Source: Candidatus Aminicenantes bacterium (lineage in GTDB: Bacteria > Acidobacteriota > Aminicenantia > S016-38). Taken from it: DNA of 64,000 nt. Below the pieces are notes generated by a model. It was not told where the DNA came from, did no database searches, and worked only from the letters and a program-made list of their open reading frames with translations. The stretch is taken from NCBI GenBank assembly GCA_026987025.1, contig JALSNJ010000029.1, positions 15,695-79,694 of the forward strand, given 5' to 3'. Below, one piece after another: positions 1 through 8,008 of the stretch. The position numbers and the translations under genes are program-made. Position 1 is the first letter of the stretch, and each line of letters starts with the position of its first letter.

Positions 1-692
1 TGGGTGAAGCGGTAGGGAAGTTCCTCGTCGTAATAGGCCTCCGGGGGAATCCCTATTTTAACCACCTCTATGTCTCCGCAGTAATCCTCTCCGGGGGGGA
101 ATATGTGCCCGAATTTCAGCGCCTCAAAGGTTATCGTAATGTCAGCCTCCACCGCCACCCCCATTATAGACCCGTCCTCCGAAGACACCCCGGAGGGAAG
201 GTCCACGGAAACCACCATGGGGGCCAGAAGGTTTATGTCCTCTATGGCCTTAGCGTAAAGGCCCTCTATCTTCCTCTTTAACCCGGTACCGAAGATGGCA
301 TCCACCACCACATCAGCCCTTTCTATAAACGGAAAGAGTTCGTCCCAATCCCTTTCGTCCTTTACAGTGTAAATGTTCATCCCGCTCCTCTGGGCTATTT
401 CAAAATTTTTACCTGGGTCCCCCTTTAATTTCATCTCATCGGCCAGGAGGATCAGGTTTACCGTGAGTTCGTGATTTAACAGGTGGCGGGCCGCCACTAT
501 CCCGTCTCCCCCGTTGTTTCCCGGGCCTGCCACCACGGTTACAACAAAAACATCCTCCATTTCCAAGATTCTTCTGGCCACCCAGGCCCCGGCGTTTTCC
601 ATAAGGAGGAGGGAGGGAATGGAAAACTCCTTCTCGGCCTTGGCGTCAAACTTTCCCATAAGGTGGGAATCAAAGACGAGAAGTTCCTTCAT
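1..692 (-). CDS. nnr: NAD(P)H-hydrate epimerase/dehydratase Nnr; the N-terminal YjeF_N part is in the window and the C-terminal part runs off the window start
   Basis: Minus-strand translation from the ATG at 690-692 gives MKELLVFDSHLMG...VVAGPGNNGGDG...DAIFGTGL...VSVDLPSG, the hallmark motifs of the YjeF_N epimerase domain. The reading frame continues past position 1. Confidence 0.75.
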   Translation of the reverse strand, partial: MKELLVFDSHLMGKFDAKAEKEFSIPSLLLMENAGAWVARRILEMEDVFVVTVVAGPGNNGGDGIVAARHLLNHELTVNLILLADEMKLKGDPGKNFEIAQRSGMNIYTVKDERDWDELFPFIERADVVVDAIFGTGLKRKIEGLYAKAIEDINLLAPMVVSVDLPSGVSSEDGSIMGVAVEADITITFEALKFGHIFPPGEDYCGDIEVVKIGIPPEAYYDEELPYRFT

Positions 693-752
693 ATCTTTAT
701 GATATCACGAACCATCCTGTTTCCCTTAGCGTATAAAAAAAGGGAGGTGAAA

Positions 753-1568
753 ATGAGGAGAATGATTGCCCTTTCAATTTTAGCCCTGGCTCTGCTGGGA
801 GGGGAAATCAAGGTTGAAAAGGAGTTCAAGGTGGCTCCAGGGGTCAGACTGAAGGGGGAAATCGTCGCCGGTTCCATGGATGTAAAGGCCTGGGAAAAGC
901 CTGAGGTTAAGGTGAGCCTTGAGGTTTACTATAAAGGGGAAAAACCCAGGGTAAAACTGGAAAAGGAGGGGAACCAGGTGGTATTTTCCGTGGACTATCC
1001 CCGCAGCTTCTGCTTCTTCTCCTGCCACAGGAATTATAGGGCCGTGGCCAGGGTCTTCGTCCCCCGGGATTATTCTCCGGACCTGCACGGGGTTAGCGCC
1101 TCCATTACCGTGAGAGGAGGATTCCTTCGGGAAGGGGAGGTCCATTCTGTAAGCGGCGATGTGGTCCTGGAGGGAATATCCTTCTCAAGGCTTTACCTGA
1201 AAACCGTCAGCGGGGACATTTCGGTAATGGGCAAGGAAGGAGAAAAGCTCGTTGCCACATCGGTAAGCGGGGACATTTCCATCCTGCTTTCCCACCTTAA
1301 ATGCGCCAAAATAAGGAGCATAAGCGGGGACCTGAAGTTGAAGGGGGCTTCCGAGGACAGATGGAAGCTTTCCACCGTAAGCGGGGACATCGTCGTGCTC
1401 GTTCCTTCAATGCCCTGCTACATGAGGCTTTCCTCCACAGGGGGGGAAATTCACCTTCCCCGGATGGAGATCAGGGGCAAGGTGGAAAAGGAAATCTGCA
1501 GTCAGGGACTTTCCTTGAAGGCAGGGAGCGTCTCAGGGGACATTTATTTAAAGGTCCAGAACCAGTGA
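753..1568 (+). CDS. Secreted DUF4097-like repeat protein (putative adhesin / beta-helix); 7 tandem ~19-aa repeats containing the S-V-S-G-D-I motif
   Basis: ATG at 753 is preceded by AGGGAGGTGA. There is a signal peptide (MRRMIALSILALALLGG). The xVSGDIxV repeat occurs 7 times and is also visible in the DNA as repeated gtaagcggggacat. The ORF-track start at 483 is rejected because it lies antisense to nnr. Confidence 0.55.
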   Translation: MRRMIALSILALALLGGEIKVEKEFKVAPGVRLKGEIVAGSMDVKAWEKPEVKVSLEVYYKGEKPRVKLEKEGNQVVFSVDYPRSFCFFSCHRNYRAVARVFVPRDYSPDLHGVSASITVRGGFLREGEVHSVSGDVVLEGISFSRLYLKTVSGDISVMGKEGEKLVATSVSGDISILLSHLKCAKIRSISGDLKLKGASEDRWKLSTVSGDIVVLVPSMPCYMRLSSTGGEIHLPRMEIRGKVEKEICSQGLSLKAGSVSGDIYLKVQNQ

Positions 1569-1952
1569 GGCTCGCCACCTCCCTCCTGTTTTTTCCAGGG
1601 AAAGGCGGTGCATGGTTATGGCTTTTATGTAAAGGGAAGGGGTGGACTTCAGCTTTCCCAGTTCAACCTCTGCCCTTAAACTCCCCTGGCCAAGTTGTGT
1701 GATCTTCGCCTTTAGAGGTAAGAGCCTTCGGAAGTCAAAGAGAAAGAGGAGTTCGGAGGCCCAGAGGAAGAGCCCCATCTCCAGGGACGGGAACTCCAGG
1801 GTTATTATCTCCGCTCCTGCGGGGTGGAGTTTTTTCCTCCCTGCTATTACCTTTCGGAGGGCGTAGGCCAGGTTTTCAAAAACCTCCTCCCTGGTTTTGC
1901 CGTAAACGAAAACTCCCAGGTCGGCGGTGGTGGGAAAGGTTCTATACCTCAA
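1548..1952 (-). CDS. Archease (RtcB tRNA-ligase activator family)
   Basis: MRYRTFPTTADLGVFVYGKTREEVFENLAYAL...KAITMHRLSLEKTGGRWRASLVLDL matches the archease family pattern (HTADxG...YG.TLEE.FE.AA.AL ... KA.TYH...I). Confidence 0.8.
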   Translation of the reverse strand: MRYRTFPTTADLGVFVYGKTREEVFENLAYALRKVIAGRKKLHPAGAEIITLEFPSLEMGLFLWASELLFLFDFRRLLPLKAKITQLGQGSLRAEVELGKLKSTPSLYIKAITMHRLSLEKTGGRWRASLVLDL

Positions 1953-2763
1953 TTCCCCTCTTTCTCGCTATTTCCAGGCTTGCCCTGAGAAGACCCACGG
2001 GATTTCCCACATCCAGCCTTGTTCCCTGGAAAATTAAACCCAGAAGTTCCCCTTCCCTGGCCAGGACCCTCAGGGCATCGGTGAGCTGGATTTCCCCTCC
2101 CCTTCCCGGCGATGTTCTCTCTAAGACGGAAAATATCTTGGGCTCCAGTATGTACCTTCCTATGACCGCCAGGTCAGAGGGGGCCTCCTCCACCGATGGC
2201 TTTTCCACCAGGTCGTGGATAACTGCCAGCCCGTCGGACTTTATTTCCACATCGGCTATGCCGAAGGAAGGTATTTCCTCCTTCTTAACCCTGTATAAAG
2301 CCACCACGGATTTTCCGGTCCGCAGATAAAGGTCCCTCATCTGCTGGAGGAGGGGAGGGTCGCTGAGCACGATGTCGTCCGGAAGGACTACGGCGAAGGG
2401 TTCCTCCCCGACGATTCCCTTTGCCTGAAGAACGGCGTGACCGAGGCCTAAGGGGACCCCCTGCCTCACTGCTACGAATTCGGCCAGGGAGGAGAGTTGC
2501 CTCAGGAAGTCCGCCATTTCCCTTTTCCCCTTGGACATGAGTATTTCTTCCAGCTCCACATCCCTATCAAAATAATTCAGTATGGCCTCCTTTCCCCGGG
2601 ATGTCACAAATATCATCTGGGAGAAACCGGATTTAACGGCCTCCTCCACCGTATAGTGGATGGCGGGTCTGTCGTAAATGGGCAAAATTTCCTTGGGAAC
2701 GGCCTTGCTTACAGGAAGCATGCGGGTTCCGAGGCCCGCCACCGGGAAAACGGCTTTCCTCAT
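1942..2763 (-). CDS. galU: UTP--glucose-1-phosphate uridylyltransferase
   Basis: The N-terminus MRKAVFPVAGLGTRMLPVSKAVPKEILPI is the GalU signature. The 3' end overlaps archease by 11 nt. Confidence 0.85.
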   Translation of the reverse strand: MRKAVFPVAGLGTRMLPVSKAVPKEILPIYDRPAIHYTVEEAVKSGFSQMIFVTSRGKEAILNYFDRDVELEEILMSKGKREMADFLRQLSSLAEFVAVRQGVPLGLGHAVLQAKGIVGEEPFAVVLPDDIVLSDPPLLQQMRDLYLRTGKSVVALYRVKKEEIPSFGIADVEIKSDGLAVIHDLVEKPSVEEAPSDLAVIGRYILEPKIFSVLERTSPGRGGEIQLTDALRVLAREGELLGLIFQGTRLDVGNPVGLLRASLEIARKRGIEV

Positions 2764-2772
2764 GGGACAAAG

Positions 2773-2845
2773 TGGACGGTAGGGGATTCGAACCCCTGAC
2801 CTCTGGCGTGCGAAACCAGCGCTCTCCCGCCTGAGCTAACCGCCC
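2773..2845 (-). tRNA. tRNA-Ala (anticodon CGC)
   Basis: The reverse complement folds as a cloverleaf with acceptor GGGCGGT/ACCGTCC including the Ala identity pair G3:U70, D-arm GCTC/GAGC, anticodon loop TTCGCAC and T-arm AGGGG TTCGAAT CCCCT. CCA is not encoded. Confidence 0.85.
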
Positions 2846-2864
2846 TTTATGAAATTATAACACG

Positions 2865-4568
2865 CTATTCTTCCTTCTTATCCAGAGCTTCTTTAAGTTT
2901 CTCCGCGAAGAACCCCTCCTTGGCTGCGGGGGGTGAAGGCTTTCTGATCCTTTTCCTTTTCTTCTTCCTGGGCCTGAAAACCCTTTCTTCCACCGGCCTG
3001 GGAGTTTCTGCCCTTTCCTCCTTCTCCACAGGTATTTCCACGGCCCTGTTTATGTCCATTTTGAAGTAACCGAAGTCCTCCTCTTCCTGATAGAACTCGG
3101 GGTTTCCCAGAAGGGCCTTCAGGAGGTCCTCCTTGGGGGTTGCGTGCACTATATCCAGCAGGTGGAATAGTTTAAGGTAGTGAATTCTGAAGTCCTTTTC
3201 AGGCTCGCCGAAGTTTTTGACCAGCTCCCTCACCAGGGCCGTCAGGTCCCTTATCTTCCTCCACTGCCTGAGTTTTGAAAGGAGAAGCTCCAGTTCTTCC
3301 TTAGTTATGAAGGCCCTGGGGTCCAGCGCCACCTCGGTGGAGACCTCCGCCTCCTTCAGGGTGAAGCGGTCGTCCTCAGGGTCGTAAAGGAGCATGGGTG
3401 CCCGGAAGGGTTTTTTCTCCATCCTCAGGGAAAGCTGAAAGTGATCTTCCTGCCACTCAAGAAAAAGCTGTGCTCCCTGGACTACCAGGTTCTCCCTGTA
3501 GTATTTGGAAAGCCCTAAGATTATGTTCTTCTCCGGAAAGTAGAACAGAGTGTATTGGTTTCCTCTGTCCAGAGCCTTTACCTCCAGTTCTCCTCCCAGC
3601 AGGTTTCTAAGTCCCTTCCTTACCCTGAGGGCTCCGGAAAGAACCTCCCTCCATGTGAGGATGTGCTTGTTTTTGGCCTCCTGCTTTTTCTCCTCCTTTT
3701 CAAAATCCCTGAGGTAGGCTTCCAGCTCCACCTTGGAGCGGGAGGTGAATATGGGAAGAAGCCTTTTCACCTTTATGGGGAGGTTTCTCTCTAAGTTCAC
3801 CAAATTTAGCCATGTGTTCCACCTGCCGTATCCTTTCCTGGAAACCGGGACGAAGGTCAGCCTTTTAGAGGAAAGAGCCCGGTTGATGGAAAGACACCAT
3901 AGGCCAAAATCCTCTGAGGCCCTGGACTTACCGAGAACCCTTTCTGCAAGTTCCTCTGTGGAAGCCGAAGCGCCCTTTCCCTTTATGTACTCTTCCAGGT
4001 CCTTTAATTGTTCCTCGGAGATTTCTTTGAGGCTGGAAGATAAAACCAGAAACTCACCCCAGCGGTAAATCTCCCTGTCCTTTTCTACAACCTCCAGAAC
4101 TTCCCTCCTGCACTTTTTGAGAAATTCCTCCGACGGTTCCCTTTCCTCCCTCCTGGGGTCCTTTTCCGGAGGGAGCTTGGGACACTCCTTGAGTTCGTAG
4201 CTGGGCAGATAAAAACCCACCTTTCTCCTGCTGAGGTATTTGAAGTGCTCTTTGATGGGACCTCCCCCATCGTATTCCAGGCCGATAAGGTGACATCCCA
4301 GCTCCTTGGAATACTTCTTTTCCACCACCCTAAGTACCGCAGGACCCTTGAACTCAATGAATTTATCCCTTCCTACCCGAAGCTTTTCGTCAAACTCCTT
4401 GTAAATTAAATCCCCCACCTCGTAGCGGCAGTCCGGGTCGTAGAGCTTCACCGGCTCTAAGGCTTCCTCCTCCCTGAACTTTCTCGCAAATTCCCCTATA
4501 ACCCTGGAGAGGGGCACAGGTCCCTCAGAGGAACTCAAAATTTCCTTTAAAAACTTCTCCTTCTCCAT
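2865..4568 (-). CDS. Hypothetical 567-aa highly charged protein of unknown function with a polybasic C-terminal tail
   Basis: It is a long intact ORF. Its ATG overlaps the argF stop codon (TAATG), implying translational coupling. I recognise no catalytic motif. The tail is ...RPRKKKRKRIRKPSPP. Confidence 0.5.
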   Translation of the reverse strand: MEKEKFLKEILSSSEGPVPLSRVIGEFARKFREEEALEPVKLYDPDCRYEVGDLIYKEFDEKLRVGRDKFIEFKGPAVLRVVEKKYSKELGCHLIGLEYDGGGPIKEHFKYLSRRKVGFYLPSYELKECPKLPPEKDPRREEREPSEEFLKKCRREVLEVVEKDREIYRWGEFLVLSSSLKEISEEQLKDLEEYIKGKGASASTEELAERVLGKSRASEDFGLWCLSINRALSSKRLTFVPVSRKGYGRWNTWLNLVNLERNLPIKVKRLLPIFTSRSKVELEAYLRDFEKEEKKQEAKNKHILTWREVLSGALRVRKGLRNLLGGELEVKALDRGNQYTLFYFPEKNIILGLSKYYRENLVVQGAQLFLEWQEDHFQLSLRMEKKPFRAPMLLYDPEDDRFTLKEAEVSTEVALDPRAFITKEELELLLSKLRQWRKIRDLTALVRELVKNFGEPEKDFRIHYLKLFHLLDIVHATPKEDLLKALLGNPEFYQEEEDFGYFKMDINRAVEIPVEKEERAETPRPVEERVFRPRKKKRKRIRKPSPPAAKEGFFAEKLKEALDKKEE

Positions 4569-5470
4569 TAACCCATTAACCTCCTCATGATGGCCTTTTG
4601 TATATGAAGACGGTTTTCTGCCTGGTCCAGAACGATGGAACGGGGGTGGTCTATGACCTCATCGGTGACCTCCTCTCCCCGGTGGGCGGGAAGACAGTGC
4701 ATAAAATAGGCTTCTGGTTTGGCCCTGGAAAAGAGGTCCATGTTCACCTGGAAGGGCCGGAAAATTTTTAACCTCTTTTCCCTTTCCGCCTCCTGGCCCA
4801 TGGAGGCCCACACATCGGTATATACGGCATCGGCTCCCTTCACCGCCTCTTGCGGGTTGTGGAAAAGCTCCACCTTGGCCCCCTGGGCCCTGGCCTCCTC
4901 CAGGATTTCCCTCCTGGGTTCGTAGCCCTCGGGGGTGGCTATTTTAAGATGAAGCCCGGTCCTGGCTGCTCCCCAGATGAGGGAATGGGCTATGTTGTTG
5001 CCGTCTCCCACATAGGCCAGCACGAAATTGCCCAGGTCATGTCCTCTTTCCCAGAGGGTAAAAAGGTCCGCCAGGATCTGACAGGGATGGTAAAGGTCGG
5101 TAAGGGCGTTTATTACAGGGACCGTGGCCTCCCTGGCCATTTTTTCCACGATTTCCTGGCCGAAGGTTCTTATCATTATCCCGTCCACCCACCGGGATAG
5201 GTTTCTGGCCACATCCTCCACCGCCTCCCTTTTTCCCAATTGTATGTCCTGGGGGGCTAAGTAAATCCCAATACCCCCCAGCTGGTAGATTCCCGTCTCA
5301 AAGGTAACCCTGGTTCTCAGGGAGGGTTTTTCAAAGATCATGGCCAGAACCTTTCCCTTAAGGTCCTGACGGTGAGCATCCAGGTTGGTTTTTAGTTCCC
5401 TGGCGTCCTCAAACAGGGAAAAAACCTCCTCCCTTCTCAGGTCCTTTATGCTAAGAAGGTCCTTCTTCAT
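4568..5470 (-). CDS. argF: Ornithine carbamoyltransferase
   Basis: It carries the STRTR motif (EKPSLRTRVTFE), HPCQ and HCLP motifs, and is about 300 aa long. Confidence 0.9.
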   Translation of the reverse strand: MKKDLLSIKDLRREEVFSLFEDARELKTNLDAHRQDLKGKVLAMIFEKPSLRTRVTFETGIYQLGGIGIYLAPQDIQLGKREAVEDVARNLSRWVDGIMIRTFGQEIVEKMAREATVPVINALTDLYHPCQILADLFTLWERGHDLGNFVLAYVGDGNNIAHSLIWGAARTGLHLKIATPEGYEPRREILEEARAQGAKVELFHNPQEAVKGADAVYTDVWASMGQEAEREKRLKIFRPFQVNMDLFSRAKPEAYFMHCLPAHRGEEVTDEVIDHPRSIVLDQAENRLHIQKAIMRRLMG

Positions 5471-5473
5471 ACT

Positions 5474-6418
5474 TCACCTCCTTAGGATTCTTGTGCCTGT
5501 TCTTCCGTCCAAAGCAGAGCGCAGCCTTCTGGCTGAGGTTATCAAAACCTCCTTTCCGCCGCCTTCCAGAAATTCTATAGCTGCCCTTATCTTCGGCTCC
5601 ATGGAACCGGGGGGAAACTGGCCCTCTTTCAAATACCCTTTGATTTCCTCTAAACCCACCTTTCTCAGGGGTCTCTGGGTGGGTTTGCCGAAATCCAGAT
5701 ATACCTGTTCCACCCCGGTCAGGGTTATGAGCATGTCTGCCTTTATAATTCTTCCGATGAGGGCGGCGGTGAAGTCCTTGTCTATAACTGCTTCCACCCC
5801 CTCCACCAGTCCGTCTTCGTTTATTATTACGGGAATTCCCCCACCGCCCCCGCCTATGACCACCACCCCCTCGGCCACCAGGGCCTTTATGACCGTTTTG
5901 TTCAATATGTCTATGGGCCTGGGGGAGGGAACCACCCTCCTCCATCCCCTTCCTGCATCTTCCATTACGGTCCAGCCCTTTTCCTTGGCTAGTTTTTCTG
6001 CCCTTTCCCTGGAGTAGAAGGGGCCAACGGGTTTGGTGGGGTTCTTGAAGGCAGGGTCCTGGGGGTCCACCAGCACGGGGGTGAGGACGGTTTCCACCTC
6101 CCGGTCCAGGGACATTATCCTCATGTAGTTTATGAGCCAGGTTTGAAGCATATAACCGATGGAGCCTTCGGTCATGGCATCGGCCACATCTAAGGTGAAG
6201 GGAGGAATTATGTGGGATGCAGTCTCCATTTGTAGAAGAAGGTTTCCCACCTGGGGACCGTTCCCGTGGACCACCACCACATCGTAGTTGCGACTTATAA
6301 GCTCCGCTATCCTCCCGGCTGCCTCCCTGGCCCTTTCAAACTGCTCCTGCTGGGTGCCCCGGCTGTCTGAGGGAAGGAGGGCATTTCCTCCGAAGGCGAT
6401 TACTGCGGTTCTTCTCAT
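5474..6418 (-). CDS. arcC: Carbamate kinase
   Basis: MRRTAVIAFGGNALL... HGNGPQVGNLLLQ ... GGGGGIPV is typical of carbamate kinases. Its 5' end has a 4-nt overlap with the upstream gene. Confidence 0.85.
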   Translation of the reverse strand: MRRTAVIAFGGNALLPSDSRGTQQEQFERAREAAGRIAELISRNYDVVVVHGNGPQVGNLLLQMETASHIIPPFTLDVADAMTEGSIGYMLQTWLINYMRIMSLDREVETVLTPVLVDPQDPAFKNPTKPVGPFYSRERAEKLAKEKGWTVMEDAGRGWRRVVPSPRPIDILNKTVIKALVAEGVVVIGGGGGGIPVIINEDGLVEGVEAVIDKDFTAALIGRIIKADMLITLTGVEQVYLDFGKPTQRPLRKVGLEEIKGYLKEGQFPPGSMEPKIRAAIEFLEGGGKEVLITSARRLRSALDGRTGTRILRR

Positions 6419-7737
6419 ATAATGCCCTTTCTTTTCAGCACATCCTCTAAGGTGGGTTCTCCAATTTCCTGAAGTTCGTAAAGCACCCTCACCGCCTTCT
6501 TTTCAATTTTCAGGATCCTTCCCAGGTCTATGGGGGTGGCCACAATTACCACATCAGCGGGGCTGCGGTTTATGGTCTGGGCCAGTTCCTTCATCTGGGC
6601 TTCGCCGTAGCCCATAGCCGGGAGCACTTCCTTAAGATGGGAGTATTTGGAGAAGGTTTCCACTATGGAACCCACCGCGTAGGGCCTGGGATCTATAATT
6701 TCCGCTGCCCCGTATTTCTTGGCGGCCATGAAGCCCGCTCCGTATCCCATTTCTCCGTGGGTTACGGTGGGACCATCCTCTATTACCAGGACCTTTTTCC
6801 CGGCTATGGACGAAGGGTCTTCCACGAAAATAGGGGAGGCTGCGTCTATTATTATGGCATCGGGATTGAGGGCCCTGGCGCTTTCCCAGAGTTGCTCCAC
6901 GCCTGCTCTATCAGCGGTTTCCTCCTTGTTTATTACTATGACATCGGCCCTTCGGAAATTGGCCTCTCCGGGGTGATATTTGGCTTCGTGCCCCGGCCTG
7001 TGGGGATCGGCCACCACAATGTGAAGGTCAGGTTTGTAAAAGGGAAGGTCGTTGTTTCCCCCGTCCCAGAGGATTACCTCCGCCTCCTTCTCCGCTTCCC
7101 TAAGGATAGCCTCGTAGTCCACCCCGGCCCATACCACCGCCCCGTTTCTTATGTGGGGTTCGTATTCTTCCCTTTCCTCTATGGTGCAGTGGGCTTTGTC
7201 CATGTCCTCAAGGGAGGCGAACCTCTGAACCCTTTGGGCCACCAGATCCCCATAGGGCATGGGATGGCGAATCACCGCAACCCTTTTGCCGTGGGAGGCG
7301 AGAATCCTCACTATTTTCCTGGAGGTCTGGCTTTTCCCGCACCCGGTCCTCACTGCGGTTACCGCCACCACCGGAAGGCTGGACTCCAGCATGGTTTCCT
7401 CAGGCCCCAAAATGGAAAAGGAGGCTCCGGCGGCTAAGGCCTCTGAAGCCCTGTGCATTACATATTCGTGGGAAACATCGCTGTAGGCAAAAATTACCTT
7501 TTGGATCCTGTATTTCTTTATTAGCTCCGAAAGCTGAGATTCGGGGTAAATGGGAATTCCTTCTGGATATAGCCTGCCGGCCAGCTCAGGGGGATAAACC
7601 CTCCCCTCTATGTTGGGTATCTGGGTGGCGGTGAAGCAAACCACCTCGAACTCCTCTTTGTCCCTGAAGTATACATTGAAATTGTGAAAATCCCTCCCCG
7701 CTGCCCCCATGATAAGAACTCTCCTACGCATGAGCAC
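6415..7737 (-). CDS. P-loop NTPase of the cyclic 2,3-diphosphoglycerate synthetase-like (CPGS) family; the family assignment is tentative
   Basis: There is a Walker A motif, VRTGCGKSQTS. The N-terminus MGAAGRDFHNFNVYFRD resembles CPGS-type proteins as I remember them. It is the first gene of the CPGS-arcC-argF-orphan operon. Confidence 0.45.
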   Translation of the reverse strand: MLMRRRVLIMGAAGRDFHNFNVYFRDKEEFEVVCFTATQIPNIEGRVYPPELAGRLYPEGIPIYPESQLSELIKKYRIQKVIFAYSDVSHEYVMHRASEALAAGASFSILGPEETMLESSLPVVAVTAVRTGCGKSQTSRKIVRILASHGKRVAVIRHPMPYGDLVAQRVQRFASLEDMDKAHCTIEEREEYEPHIRNGAVVWAGVDYEAILREAEKEAEVILWDGGNNDLPFYKPDLHIVVADPHRPGHEAKYHPGEANFRRADVIVINKEETADRAGVEQLWESARALNPDAIIIDAASPIFVEDPSSIAGKKVLVIEDGPTVTHGEMGYGAGFMAAKKYGAAEIIDPRPYAVGSIVETFSKYSHLKEVLPAMGYGEAQMKELAQTINRSPADVVIVATPIDLGRILKIEKKAVRVLYELQEIGEPTLEDVLKRKGII

Positions 7738-7772
7738 ACCTCCTTATATAAATTTTCGCTTATGGAAGAGGT

Positions 7773-8000
7773 TCAGGAAATAATCTCGGATTCTTCGGTT
7801 TCCTTTAAAAAATCAAGCAGCGCTTCTTTAAATTCCTTTATTCCGCTTTCGGGAATTACTATGCTGGATTTCCCCCCGCTTTTCTCGGTGATCCTCAGGT
7901 ACTTTCCCCTGTGATTTTCCATGAGATCAAAATGAAACTTTTTGTTTTCAATCTTAATGGTTTTTGAAGAAAGATTTCTCCTTTCCATTTTCTCCCTCAC
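7773..8000 (-). CDS. Small PUR-alpha-like (DUF3276-type) ssDNA/RNA-binding protein
   Basis: SKTIKIENKKFHFDLMENHRGKYLRITEKSGGKSSIVIP fits the bacterial Pur repeat pattern K.YFFDL.EN.RG.FLKISE...R..I.IP. Confidence 0.55.
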   Translation of the reverse strand: MREKMERRNLSSKTIKIENKKFHFDLMENHRGKYLRITEKSGGKSSIVIPESGIKEFKEALLDFLKETEESEIIS

Positions 8001-8008
8001 TTATTGTT

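Noticed and set aside
483-752. The 5' extension of the 483..1568 plus-strand ORF (a 361-aa call)
   Set aside because: This portion lies antisense to the well-supported nnr gene (YjeF_N motifs). The real gene starts at the ATG at 753, which has a strong RBS and a signal peptide.
5385-6017. Overlapping ORFs on both strands (210 aa plus, 164 aa minus) within arcC
   Set aside because: The carbamate kinase frame has clear family motifs. The alternatives are low-complexity (poly-Gly/Arg/Pro) artefacts.
6637-7437. A 266-aa Gly/Pro-rich plus-strand ORF
   Set aside because: It lies entirely antisense to the CPGS-like P-loop gene, which has a Walker A motif and operon coupling.
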